Both the position numbers and the translations under genes were made by a program. Source: Oculina patagonica (lineage: Eukaryota). Taken from it: a DNA stretch of 64,000 nucleotides. The stretch is taken from positions 34,100,001 through 34,164,000 of the forward strand of contig NC_135759.1 in NCBI RefSeq assembly GCF_052425735.1. The letters are read 5' to 3'. The notes beneath the pieces were generated by a model, which was not told the DNA's origin, did no database searches, and worked only from the letters and a program-made list of their open reading frames with translations. Each line of letters begins with the position of its first letter. The first letter of the stretch is position 1. Positions 13,769 to 26,451 of the stretch are shown piece by piece.

Positions 13769-13798
13769 ATTTATAAACGGCGCTGGAGTGTGACGTCA
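13769..13798 (-). promoter_or_regulatory. TATA-like box + CRE of paralog B
   Basis: TATAAAT (minus strand, 13769-13775) and TGACGTCA at 13791-13798. Confidence 0.6.
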
Positions 13799-15044
13799 TT
13801 TCTAAAATTAGCATCCAGCATCGTATCCGAGCCTGATTGCCTCATTATGATGCAACCAATCGAAAAATGACAAATATCTTTAGCAGATTTTTGATACCTG
13901 CGTAAACAGGTTGAAACTAGAATTTTCTTGGTATCTTTTGAGGACTGGGCATCGAAGGTTACGGTGGCCGCCCAGTTGATAGTCAAAGACAGAAGTGAAA
14001 ACTGAAACGAAAGCGACGCGTGGTAGCTAACATTTCATATAATCTTTGTTCACCAACAGTTATTCGTTCTTTTAATAATACCAACTTTATTCTCCATTAA
14101 GTTTTCACTGAGCAAAGTTTTATGTCAGCACATTTTTTTCGTGCTTGCCCGCATGCGTTTTAGTGGGTGTCTGTTGCTGCACGGAAGTGGAGTGAATGGT
14201 GTATTATGTATTGAAATTTATGCAGAGTTAGCCGGTAACTTTGCGGACTGAAACTTTAGAGATTATCAGAATACTACAAAATAAAACATGCTCGTCGAGC
14301 AGTTTTAAAACAGGAAATACGTGCCAACGACGGGGGATGAAGGGATATGGATTGTTATTAATTTTAATTGGGCTTAGAGCAATTTGTAAATAAGAGAATG
14401 CGAGTTTTATTCATATTCAGAGAAATTACTTGGACCGAGTTCTCTTAAACCGTCAAAATTGACACTACAATAACAAGAAAATTACTGGGTAATAGGTTAT
14501 TCTAACTGGTTTAAATTTCTCGCCATAAGTAACTCTAGAATGGTTCCGACAGCTACGACATCAATGTTCTACGTGATTCGTCATTTGGTTTTTAACAAGA
14601 CAAGCTATAGCTACATGAAGGACAACGTTTTTCAACTAAGATTTATAATAATTCTTCAAAATTGAGTTGAATTATACTAATTATGTCCAAAGGATGCAGG
14701 AAGTAGAATATTCTGAAAGTAATATTTATATGCTATTAGTATTTATATTGACACTATTGGTGGTATATAATTACAGTATGACAGTGAAAAAAATAGGCAG
14801 AAAATACGGCAAAATGAACATAAAGCAAATTAAGAGGAAGCACCTTACATTTATTTGAATGTCAAAGGTATTGAGTATTTCAATTTGTTGTTTAGTCACA
14901 ACTTCTCCTTTCCCAAGTCAAAGGAACGTTCCACCGCATCTCACACTTCCTCCAGTTAAGTTTCGACGAAAACTCTAGCATTTCCGGTTTCTGTCACTGA
15001 AAACGATACAGGTGCTATAATGGGGTATCCTCTGTGTTCTTCTC

Positions 15045-15157
15045 GGGAAATCTTCGCGCTGGGTAATTTGACAACAGTTCTGGTGGAACTGTGACAGTTT
15101 TGATAGTTGTACGTTGTTGTTTCAATGCACGCGACGACTTTCTTATGTTCTTTTTAC
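15045..15157 (-). pseudogene. Orphan fragment of exon 4 of a B/C-like paralog
   Basis: Encodes KKNIRKSSRALKQQRTTIKTVTVPPELLS, then degenerates. No splice acceptor or other exons. Lies at the junction of the B/C tandem duplication. Confidence 0.75.
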
Positions 15158-15919
15158 AGTACTGTGCTAGTCTACTGTTTATGCGGACGCGGTGTACAAT
15201 CTCGTCAGTTCTATGTATTATTTTGTTTGCAGTAAGCATGAGAACAGCTATTAAGGCAACCTTCTTATTAAAAGTTATGCATCGTGTCACAAAGCAATCT
15301 GCAAACTTGTGCAGACTTGCATGTAGTATGTTTGAGCAGGCAGAATTCACCTGTTCTTTGTTCCAGAAACTTGAAACAAGCGCATAAACTGACTGCTTTT
15401 GCAGGTTAAAAGACCTGGCAGCAAGTTAGATTATGCGCCTAACCCAAACCCGCCCTGACCCAAAGCAGCAAAAGCTTGGTGCAATTTACAACAAAATATT
15501 GTATCCGTGTACGTTTATAGACTTTATAGCAAAAGATTACTGTAGGTATGCGTGGAGGAAGTGGACATGACAACTGTTAGATTGGCTTCGTATATTATTG
15601 CTATTAAAGCACTTAATACTCCGCTTTTAACACGACAGCGTACTGGTCGGGAGGGGGAGGGGATGGGGGACGTGTACCAATTTGATCTGAAAATCCCTTT
15701 TTCTTCTTTTTTTTTTTTTTTAATTGCAACAAAATCCCTTTTTCACTTCGTACAGATCGACCTTAAGTTTCTAAATTGTACCCAATTTTTACTGGAAGTG
15801 CCTATTACATCCTCGTTACTTTCTTAACTGGCAAGACAGCTAAATTTACTGACAAACCCTTTGCAAGTTCACTCCGGTCTAAGTATCACTTGCTCTACAA
15901 AGTCGATGTTGATTTTTAG

Positions 15920-16438
15920 AGGAGTTACGTCACGGACAACGCATCTTGAAAAAAAAAAATGCCAATTTCTTCAACTTTGTCGATCGTAATCTGTCTTAAT
16001 CTTCGTCAGTCGAAACCATCCTTGTTTATTTTTGGCTTTTTATTTCTCCGTAGGTGTTTTCCTAGGTTAGATAAATCAGTATTATTTTGAGAGACAAGAT
16101 AAGCAAGGCTAACACTACGTAGAAATGAAAAAACCTTAACGGGACAACGACATGATAGAGTCCAAACTGAAAGTCAAAAATGCAAACTCTGGACAGTTTG
16201 GACTCTATCATGTCGTTGTCCCGTTCAGGTTTTTTCATTTCTACGTAGTGTCAGCCTTGCTAATCTTGTCTCTGTATTTTTATTTTTGGCTGATTAGAGC
16301 TGTCTCCAGCTCCTACGTACACTAACAGCATTTTCGTCCGCGGTCCTTTGCTTTCTATTGTCACTTTTATTATTTTGAGGTTTCCTTCAATTTGAAAGTA
16401 ATCAAAAAAATAACTTAAAACACCGTGACATAGCCCCT
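15920..16438. mobile_element. Non-autonomous DNA transposon (Kolobok-like, TTAA site) with nested hairpin element
   Basis: TIRs aggagttacgtcacgg / ccgtgacatagcccct, TTAG/TTAA flanks. The empty TTAA site is seen in the sister unit at 9520-9523. Confidence 0.7.
16090..16273. mobile_element. Near-perfect palindromic MITE (80-bp arms, 24-nt spacer)
   Basis: 16090-16169 is the reverse complement of 16194-16273 with few mismatches. Confidence 0.75.
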
Positions 16439-17066
16439 TTAAGCACCTTTCAGGATAAGAACTGCTTGAAATTATCAAACGTCATTATGGTGAAGTATAC
16501 TTCTACACCTTTCGATATCGCCTGCATCTAGACGTCCAGTTTCTTCCTGCACGACGAAGGCTATCTAAAAATAACCTACTCACGACAGGGACATTGAGTT
16601 AAGGTTTTGAAAGTAATGGAAGTAGAAAAGTTATAAGCTGAAAGTTTATATAGTATTCTGATATCTTGAATCAGGGGAAAACCCAACCTTGATCTCCAAT
16701 GTCACACAGTGGAAATAACAGAAAACATTATTTACTGATTTCGGTTTTTTCATTACAAAAATAGTTCGCCGATTCTGCTGGGGAGTGGTCTCCCCTTAGT
16801 CTAACATCTCCGCTGTCACTGATTTTGTCGCATTTGACCCATTTTGTATTCCCTGTGTCCCAAGTGCCATATTCCATTTATGGGTCATTTATCAATCCCT
16901 CTAGAGGGTGTGGAGGGAGATATCTTCCGCAGCGCAAGGTAGAACATTTTCCGTTGATACCAACTTGAAACCGCACCAGTTTGTAGTCCTGTAAGAGCTA
17001 AGAATTCTTGCATTTGTTCACCACTTTCAGTTGCGTGGATTTCCTTGTCAGGACTCTGATCTTTGC

Positions 17067-20000
17067 CTACTCCAGTTGTAATGCCAGCCACATAATGTTC
17101 TGTCCGATTATCCTTCGGTTTATTTCCTGGAGGGCGCTGGGAAATCTTGACAACAGTTCTGGTGGAACTGTAACAGTTTTGACAGTTGTACGATGTTGTT
17201 TCAATGCATACGACGACTTTCTCATGTTCTTTTTACCTGACGTTCTTTTCACCAATGTTCGTCGCTTGACCGGTTTAAAGTTGGTGCGATCTGATATAAC
17301 TGACATTTGGTCCTGAAGAAATAAGACAAGTAGCAATTTTAAATAGATACACAGTTAAAAGGCTACCGGCTTTTGCGAGTGCCTCTCTCGGCTATGAAAA
17401 AGGGTCGTAGTAAAAAGTCTTTGATATAGAAATGCTTTTCAGTAACTTGCATAATTCATATCAAACCACTTTTTGAAATCGAAAATATAATACCAACATC
17501 TAATTTCTCACTAGTGACTCACTACACGCTAAACAAACAGGTAATGAGAAAGGAGAATGAGTTCCAGAAAACCTTGTTGCGGCAGCTCTCGCAAAATCTT
17601 GACGTCATGAGTTTTATAATATAGCGAGAAGAAAACGGCTGGGTGTTAGGCTGGAAATACTCTTTTTTCAAGTTTCATTTTTGGACCAATAAAGAGGGCT
17701 CGTACAATTTTGACTATTTCATAAAATATTCGGGTAGCAATACACAATTCAGCGGATGAGTTCCAACAACTCAACTGTAAATGGCATTACAAACACGCTA
17801 TCTCTGCAAACCGGTCGTTTCCGCAATTCCTCGTTGTTTAAATCTGTTTCAGCTATAAGCAGTACTCGAAAAGGGAGCTTTGCAATTTATCACGGCAGTT
17901 AGAGATTGCATTGCCATTCTCAAGTTGACCCGATTATCCGCTCGTAGTATACTTTCTATTTGTCGTTTACTTAGCACAACATTTTCTTTACAAAGCAACT
18001 GTTTCTTTCCAAGCCGTTACAACGGACGCCGTCTGTAATGAGCAGAGCAATATGTGATAGCGGAAGTTGTTTCGTGATGACTTATGGCTACTGTATCATG
18101 ATGCGCGAGGCGATGTCCGCAAGGCGACAGTCTCGTTTAAGGATTGCAATGAGAAAATATACTCCTAGGGATAGAGTTTTAGGCCAACAAACAACACAAA
18201 AAGTGCGCTGTTCTGCTTGAAAGATTGACTTCAAACGCTCATAACAAAAGAGTACAGAATTCACATATTAAAAAGCTAGCTTAATTATAGGCGCGCGAGT
18301 TGCATCATGATCATTTTTCTTTCAATCGTTTACCTTAGGTTCTCCACATGTCTGTTGCTGATTTGTTTTCTGTTTTTTGCTTTCTCGCGCTTCTTTCCTT
18401 TTCTTTTGGCTTTCAAGACGAGAATATAACGTGGCGCGGTATTCTGGTGAAACCAAAATAAGACGGTGGGATTTTGAACAAGTTTCTCGCGGCAATATCT
18501 ACTATTGCAGTATTAATGGTGGGAATTATTTCTCTAGAAATGTTCTGAAGAACACTCAAAGACTGCTAACTTGAGCTTCTGGTAAAAGATTTTGCAAATA
18601 AAATTTGAGGACTGTATTTCCTGGGAGTTTAGACTTTCCAGTGTTCAAATACATTTTTCGCTGATTTTTAAGTCAGCATATTTTCCCGAGCAATTTGACG
18701 GTCAGTTTAATTTGTACAAATAAATGTACGAAATTCTTAAAACGAGGCTACCACTACCCACCACATTAACCGTCCCGATCAAATATTTGGTCAGCACAAT
18801 CTTTTGTTAGAAATATTTAGTTTAAAGGCTGTATTTACAAACTTTATTTACACTATATTTCGCGCCATATCTGAAGCACATTTAAAAAAAAATGGTCGTT
18901 TTTTCTTCAAACAAATCCCTTGAAACATTTATGCCAAGCAGGAAGAAGGAAAATGACTGTATTCAGTTTAATTTATGTATAATGCAATTTAAATACCTGA
19001 GTATCGTTTACCACCAATATAGCGAGTCGCATCTCCGAGTACGTGACCACACGCACACGATCGCGTCAGCCCTGTTATCTGTGGAGTGAATCAGCAGTTA
19101 TCAAACTAAGTCCCCACCGCCAAGAATTTCCAATTTCAAAATTGAAAAAAAATAATAACATTCATTTTGTAATATATTGATAATAAACAATACCACAAGA
19201 AAAATACTGCTCGATAATTTGTGTTTGGTTTGTCACGCACGAGGGACTTACACGTAAAACAACTGAGGTCAAACCAATTATTGACGAGAGGAGTGAATGG
19301 GTTAAACTTTTTATTTTAAATCATTATTATTTTAAAAATTCAGTACTAGAGTACTCTTTTGCAATACAAATCGTATCTTAAAATAAAAGAAAACCTCAAA
19401 AAAGTGGAAAACAGTTCTGAGTTCATAAACGGAACAATAAAGCATCAAAGAGGTTTATATGAACGAAGAATAAGTTTGAATCTACGTCATTACGAGCATA
19501 ATATTTGCAATTCACTTTCCGCGCTGCACAAAATTTCCTCGAAATCGATGGAAAACTGAAAGTAATAGCATACTTAGGTAGAAGAATACCAAAGAGATTA
19601 TTATAGACCGAAGAGGAGCAATGATGGTTAAGATTGGCAAGGATTGAGGCCGATTACGCCGGAACGACGGACTTGAAATTTCTAGGCTAAAGTTTTTACG
19701 ATATTTATTAAACCGTCCGCGACGTGCCACCATTAAGTTTGCCACGCGTCACAGAATTCATAATTTTACTGTATTTTTTTGTAAATGAATTTAGTTTAAA
19801 TAAACAATAAAAATTATCGAAAATTAACCTAAGTTCTACGTCAACCACGATGGTTATGGGGCGAAGGTTTTCGGATTTTTGGACTTAGTTTTGCATAATA
19901 AAGCCAATTTCGGATTGTTTTTGTGTTATGATCTCTCGAGTGCCACCTGAAATGGGTCAAAAACGCTTTTTTATCATGCCTTTTGACAGCCTCTTTAAAA

Positions 20001-20446
20001 GAAGCAAAATGGGCACAAATGTGTTACTCGCTTACACATGAAAGTCGTAAACAATGGAATATATGATATTCATGGGTGCAGGCCGCAGCCGACTCCGTCT
20101 TCCAATTTCCTTTGGGAAACCGATACTAGAGTACTTTAACATTTTATTATGTCCAGCGAACCAAAATTCTGTGGATGTCCCTTTAGTTCTGAGAAATGCT
20201 CTCCACAGGATAAAAAGAGAACTCTAATGCAAAATAAGCAGGGATTTTTCGATAGGGGGCCGATACTGTAGTCGCCTGTTAAATTCACCACGGAAATTAA
20301 GCAGGTCAAAACCTGGCCCAAATTAAAACATTATCATTATATTATGAAACTTGAATTACATAAATGTTCGAGATACAATGTAAGTAGTTGACCAAGTAGG
20401 TCTCACTTACCAACGTATTACATGCGAGACACTGTTGAAGTACCAT
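17067..20446 (-). CDS. C16orf87: UPF0547/C16orf87-like protein, paralog C (157 aa; recent duplicate of B)
   Basis: Exons 20411-20446, 18997-19078, 18334-18443, 17067-17312. Same exon sizes as B (36/82/110/246), frame intact. Confidence 0.85.
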
Positions 20447-20555
20447 GACTCAGACGTTTATTTTGTGTCCAGTTCACTATCGTAATTTTCTTCCCGCAGA
20501 CTTCTTTGCTTGATGACGAACCAGTTGTAACTGCTTTCTTTTGATATTGTTTTTA

Positions 20556-20585
20556 ATTTATAAACGGCACTGGAGTGTGACGTCA
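20556..20585 (-). promoter_or_regulatory. TATA-like box + CRE of paralog C
   Basis: TATAAAT (minus strand, 20556-20562) and TGACGTCA at 20578-20585. Confidence 0.6.
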
Positions 20586-22509
20586 CTTCTAAAATTAGCA
20601 TCCAGCATCCGGGCCTGATTGCCTCATTGTGATGCAACCAATCGCAAAATGACAAATATCTTTAGCAGATTTTTGATCCCTGCGTAAAGAAGTCGAGTTG
20701 ACAAAGAAAATAATTCTGGGAAATTCTGAAAATGAAATGAAATGAAAGCTTGAATTTTCCAGGGATTTTTTAAGGCCTGGGTCCGGGTTATGGTAACTGC
20801 ATCGAAAACGAAGTGTGGCAGGTTACATTTCATATCATCTGTGTTTAACAACAGAAGTTAACTTAAACCGATGTAGTATGTACAGCATGTACTAGTACTG
20901 ACGTGTACGAGTTATCCACTTCAATAATTCGTTCTTTTAATAAAACCAACTTTATTCTGCATAAGGTTTTCACTGAGCAAAGTTTTTTGTCAGCACATTT
21001 TTTCGTGCTTGCCCGCATGCGTTTTAGCGTGTCTGTTGCTGCACGGAAGTGGAGTGAATGGTATGTATTATGCATTGAAAATTATGCAGATTTAGACTTT
21101 GCGGACTGAAACTTTGTAGAATATCACAATACCACAAAATGAAACATGCTCGTCAAGCAGGTTTAAAACAGGAAATACATGCTAACGACGGTGGTGGGGT
21201 GATAAGGATTGTTATTTATTTTAATTGGCTGATGGCAATTCTTAAATAAGAGACAGAAGAGAATGCGAGTTTTAGGTTTAGTTATTCAAAGAAACTTTTT
21301 GGAAAACCTTTAAAATTGACACTAAAATAACAGGAAAATTACTGGGTAATAGGTAATTCTAACTGGTTCAAATTTCTCGCCATAAGTAGCTCTAGAATGG
21401 TTTTGCGTTAGTTCAATTAATCGACAGCTAAGACATAAATGTTCTACGTAATTCGTCACTTGGACGTTTACAACACAACCGTATAGCTACATGAAGGACA
21501 ATGTTTTTCAACTAAGATTTATACAGCTATTTCGAGAAACGTTGTCAGAAAAAAGCACAAAACTGCACAAGCCAATCCCTAGACGTATTGAGCTACTGCA
21601 CGTGTTGAATACTAATGAGATATAACAACAAAATAAGCGCAATTTTCAGGTTTTCTTTCTTTTCAGACATGTAGAAACAAGGTGAAGTTCAGAAGAATTT
21701 TTCCTCACTCAAAGACATGCGACAGTAAAAGTAAAGCTACAGATATAGGCCTCCTGAGAAGAAAAACAAGTTCTCCACGTGCAAAAATACAAACTTGTAA
21801 ATTTCCTCTAGGCCAATATGCAAAATTCCAGTGAATACCCAGACCACCTTTCGGTCTTGTCGCGTGCACTTTGATGTTTTTTTTTTTTCGACAACCTTTC
21901 TCGAAATAGCTGTGTATAATTCTTTAAAATTGAGTTGAATTATGTCCAAAGGATGCAGGAAGTAGAATATTCTGAAAGCAATATTTATATAGTATTATTG
22001 ACATTATTGACTGTATATAATTACAGTATGACAGTAAATAATTTTTTAAGCAGTAAAAACGGCAAAATGAACACAAAGCAAATTAAGAGGAAGCACGTTA
22101 CATTTATTTGATGACAAAGGTATTGGATAACTCAATTTGTTGTTAAGTCACAACTTCTCATAACTATGAATGAGTGAAATAATTTCAATGGAACGTTCCA
22201 CCGCATTTCACACTTCCTGAAGTTAAGTTTCGACGAAAACTCTAGCATTTCCGGTTTCTGTCACTGAAAACGATACAGGTGCTTTCATCTCGTATCGTCC
22301 AATAAGAAAAGAGTAAGGTCGGTTCTTGGAATGTTATCACGTCTGCCTGTTGCCATGACGTCATGTTACTGAATCCCTCTGACGTCATCTTCGCTGGCAC
22401 GGCTCGGCAGAACTGAGGTTTCGGTGTCTTGTGACAGAGAAAGTCCTCGTCAATTAATTAGAAAGTTAGCAATTACGACTTAATTTTGTGAGCTTTCTCT
22501 CTAATCTAG

Positions 22510-24580
22510 TCATGATAATAAGAGCCACATAAAGTTCTGTCCAATTATTCTTCGGTTTATTTCCTGGAGTGCGTTGGGAAATCTTGACTGCAGCTCTGAT
22601 GGGACTTGAACACATTTGGTGCCTTGTTGCTGCACTGCGGGCTGCACTGTTGATGTGGAAGATAGGTTTATCCGGGAAGATCCTTTGGAGCTCCTTCCCC
22701 TGTTTTCGTGTTTTGCCTGTCGTTTAGGTTTGAAACGTGGACTGTTCCTTTCTGTTGGCTGGTTCTACGGATGAGAAATAATATTTGTCATTGTAGTGCA
22801 CACTGATAAAATGAACAAATGCCCAGATGTATAAATGGGTTGGGATTGTCAGGAGGCGTTTAGTGAAAGGATGTATGCTTGGTAGTACCATTTTTGCAAT
22901 CAGTCCGGCTTTATTGACACTTTAAGTGACGTCTGGTACGAGCATTTCTTAAACAAGAGATCCGGCAACAAACAAGCCAAGTAGTTTTATTCATCGTTAG
23001 TGGGTGGTCCCCTGCATCCAAACTGTTTTAATACCGACACTACAGCTATGAAAGAGCCATAGTTTGCATTTGCTTGATTGTGCCATTACCATATTGTACC
23101 CTTTGTGCTGTGTTATATATCACTATTACCATATACCTTGAGTTTGTTAATTGATCTTGGCTGGTTGTTCTTCCTATTTCCGTTTTCCTGCACTTTCCTC
23201 TTTATTCTCTTATTGTCCAAACGGGAATACATCTTCGCGCGGTATTCTAATGAAAACAAAAGGATGACGTCAATAAATAGATAAAAATAAAACCTGAAAA
23301 GGGTGTGTTGGGTTGAACTATTTCAGTTATGGTTGATTTAAATCCAGCAGCCTGTCTGATTTACAAAACCGACACAAACACAACGAAAGGATGGATGAGA
23401 AAGTCGTTTAGCAAACAGAAAGGAGAAATAAGCTCAGCGACAAAATTTCCAGTATAATTTTTTTAAATTTGGTCCTATCCATATATCCCCTACACCTGGG
23501 ATTTAGCCGCAAAGAGGAGACGGCTTTCGATTAATATAAGGCCATCCTGTGACATTATACCACATGCCACAGCAAGCCCACTGGCACTGACGAGGCGTTG
23601 ATATCATTAGTGAACAATACGAGAAACGGATGACCTCGTTCAGTTTTCACGATAAATCTAAAAGTACAAAAGGCCTTATTTTCTGAACTTGAAAAATGAA
23701 TGTTTTGACTAATTTTCAAACTTCTGTACATGTGCCCAAAGCAACCTTAAATTAAGACGCTGAGATCAGTTATCAGGATGATAGCAATCAACATTCAGAA
23801 ATGTTTTACCTGTAAACCGTCTCCCATCAATATAACGGCTTGCGTCTTCAAGAACATGACCACACTCACAAGATCTTGATGATGAAGTCATCTACAGATT
23901 GAGACAGCTACATGTTCATGTTTTTGTCGTTAATTAACATAGTGAATGATGATTTAAACTGACATAGAAAACTTCGTTAGATTGTTAAACTGAGAAAGAG
24001 AATACGATCGCCAATTGGAAACTGATTTTTGGTTTGGTTGCGTTTTCATACCAAACAGTTACTAAGATGTACCACATTTGTCTTTTAATAGCGGTGTGTA
24101 ACGCGCGCATGCAAATGTAATCAAGCTTCCAAAGTGGAAAGTCGAGAGAGAAACTAGGTTCAAAGACAGTACTGATCTGGCGTCAGTTCACTGATTTTTT
24201 TCGCGGTACAAACGGTTCGTGTTTCTAATAAAAGTCCTGATATTGTTATCACAACGTTCATTCTACTATTGCCAAAATAACTGAGGCCGCCTGCTGACCA
24301 CAGCTGAATTTAAAATGCGTCAGAGAAGAAACCACAGCCGAGCACATTCCAAACAATAAATCTTGCGAACAATTCTGTAGTTGCCAGCCTAACTTCTGCG
24401 CCGCCCGTTAAGTATGTGATGATTATTTGGCTGATGCAGCTGACCAAACAGGCAGGTCAAAGCAAAACGAAACTAAAATCAAGCTTTTAAAAAGATCTGT
24501 AAACTATGAATAGTAAAACGAGATAAAATGTTTAAACTTACCAAAGCGTTACATGCAAGGCACTGCTGTTGGGGTATCAT
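22510..24580 (-). CDS. C16orf87: UPF0547/C16orf87-like protein, paralog D (161 aa)
   Basis: Exons 24542-24580 (MIPQQQCLACNAL), 23810-23891 (MTSSSRSCECGHVLEDASRYIDGRRFT), 23137-23246 (EYRAKMYSRLDNKR..), 22510-22764 (..RFPNALQEINRRIIGQNFMWLLLS*). GT-AG, in frame. Confidence 0.85.
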
Positions 24581-26304
24581 GCCTCAGATAGTTTCTTTGT
24601 TTCCTCATTAACTGCCAGTATTTCGATGTCAGCTTCTTTGCTTGACAACACACAATTCACAACTGCTTATTTTATTTAAGGTTTCAATCGTGGTATGCAA
24701 TGTCCCACAGGCGTTGGCTGTGACATCACACTGTATTGAGGCATGTTATGCAATGATTCTCGAAAATGACAGCAGAAGCGTGCTCGACATTCCACAATTT
24801 ATGAGATCATACCTTCGCGGAATGGGAAGGTCAAAAGTATTGTGGCTAGAAAGATCAGGATTTTTCCACGTCGCATTTAGCACAATGGCATACAACAAAA
24901 GGCTGGTCATTGTGTAGCTTGGAATCGAAAGGAATTTCAATAAAAAAAAAGCTTAAAAGTTTCTCGCGCATTTGTAAAAATGGTTAGCCAGTTCTGCGAA
25001 AGAGTTTTAATCATTGTTAAAACATACCACAAAAGATATGATCCTTTTACCCTTTTTTTATTTGGTTTTTTTTTTTGTCAGCTCAAATCACAACTAATTG
25101 TTACCCATTTTTTATTCCCTCTTTCGACTCAGCTTTTACTCTATAAGTTGGCTATTCTCCGAGAAATCAAGGTACATGGGGCGTAAGCATTAAGTAACTA
25201 CGATCTACCTACCGGCGACGTAAAAGTTTACTGTGAGACTTACGCCTAAACATGTGCCTAATTATCGCCGAACATCCTTTGCGAAAAACTTTTTAACTTT
25301 TTGTTAAATATCCGCTCTTTAATCAGAGCCCCATTAGAAACTTTGTACTGCTTCAGTGCTTTCGCTACAATGACATTGCATTACTGATAAGACTTTGATA
25401 CGTACAGTAATTATGAAGTATGCGTACAAACGTTTACATATCTTACGTCCTAATATGAGAAAGCCGAATTAGGTAAGGCAAAACCTCTTTGAGGGATTTT
25501 AAAGTTTATATCTAGAATGGAACAGTACACAAATGTAAGTTTAACTTGTTTCAGACTACGTCTGATGAAGACGACTCAGTCTCCGGCACTTAGGTTTGCT
25601 TTCTAAGAGTGATTTTCCTTTTTCCCTTTGTCCGTACTGAAGCAAGTGATGTGTTATGTTATGTTATGTTATGTCATGTAAAGATCAGGTTAGAGAAATT
25701 GAAAAAAAAAACTATTCACTTCGTGGCAATCGGAAATATGAAATACTATTTGAAGCAATCCAAAAAATTCTTCATTTTATACTAGATACCTAAATAAATT
25801 ACTTCTTAAGAAATGTAAAGAAGCACCTGGCATGGAATGAAATTTTAACAAGAAAAGAAACCGATTAACGCAGCGAGAAGTGAAATTTTATCAAGTCTAG
25901 AAGTGTCAACATTTGGCAAAAGATCGTATCTTTTGATTATAAGAATTCTTCACATCTCCTAAATACAATTATCATTCTCTTTTGTTTAAGTTCTATTGTT
26001 GCACTTATTTAGTTTTACTGATCTACAACTAAAGCAACCGGGGCAACAAAATATCTTCTAGTATGCAATGGTTAATAAAACTAAATTTGATTGCTTCACG
26101 TAGGGTTTAAGAACTTCTTTTTGAAGTAGCGAAGTTTGAATTGAAACGATTGCCGAAGTAAATTTATTCCTTGGTTAGCTCTTAAAAGATGCGAGCCATG
26201 TGCCATCACGATATTCTTTGGTGCACTTGAACTATCCGCATTTTAATTTTCATTGGCATGTTTTTAAGGGATTGTGCTAAATCCGTGCGTTGTTTTCGAT
26301 ACAG

Positions 26305-26312
26305 TGACGTCA
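26305..26312 (+). promoter_or_regulatory. CRE of paralog E
   Basis: TGACGTCA 140 bp upstream of ATG, the same relative position as in other paralogs. Confidence 0.55.
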
Positions 26313-26451
26313 CAGGTTGTGTTACTTACCCGTTTCACGCAAAGACAGACTCAGGTCAAAACACGGACGGCTTGAAACACCAACGAGACGTTGAACTTTC
26401 CCGAAACTACGCAGTGGTTTCGAACGCGAGCGAGTTGGGGACATTATTAGC

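Larger units (their letters stand above)
8411..22283. repeat. Tandem segmental duplication (unit 1 ~8411-15016 with gene B; unit 2 ~15023-22283 with gene C)
   Basis: Long collinear near-identity including introns, e.g. 12960-13560 vs 19745-20340. Both units end in gaaaacgatacaggtgct. Confidence 0.9.

Noticed and set aside
25650-25680. (TGTTA)n short repeat between D and E
   Set aside because: Ordinary microsatellite with no evident associated structure.
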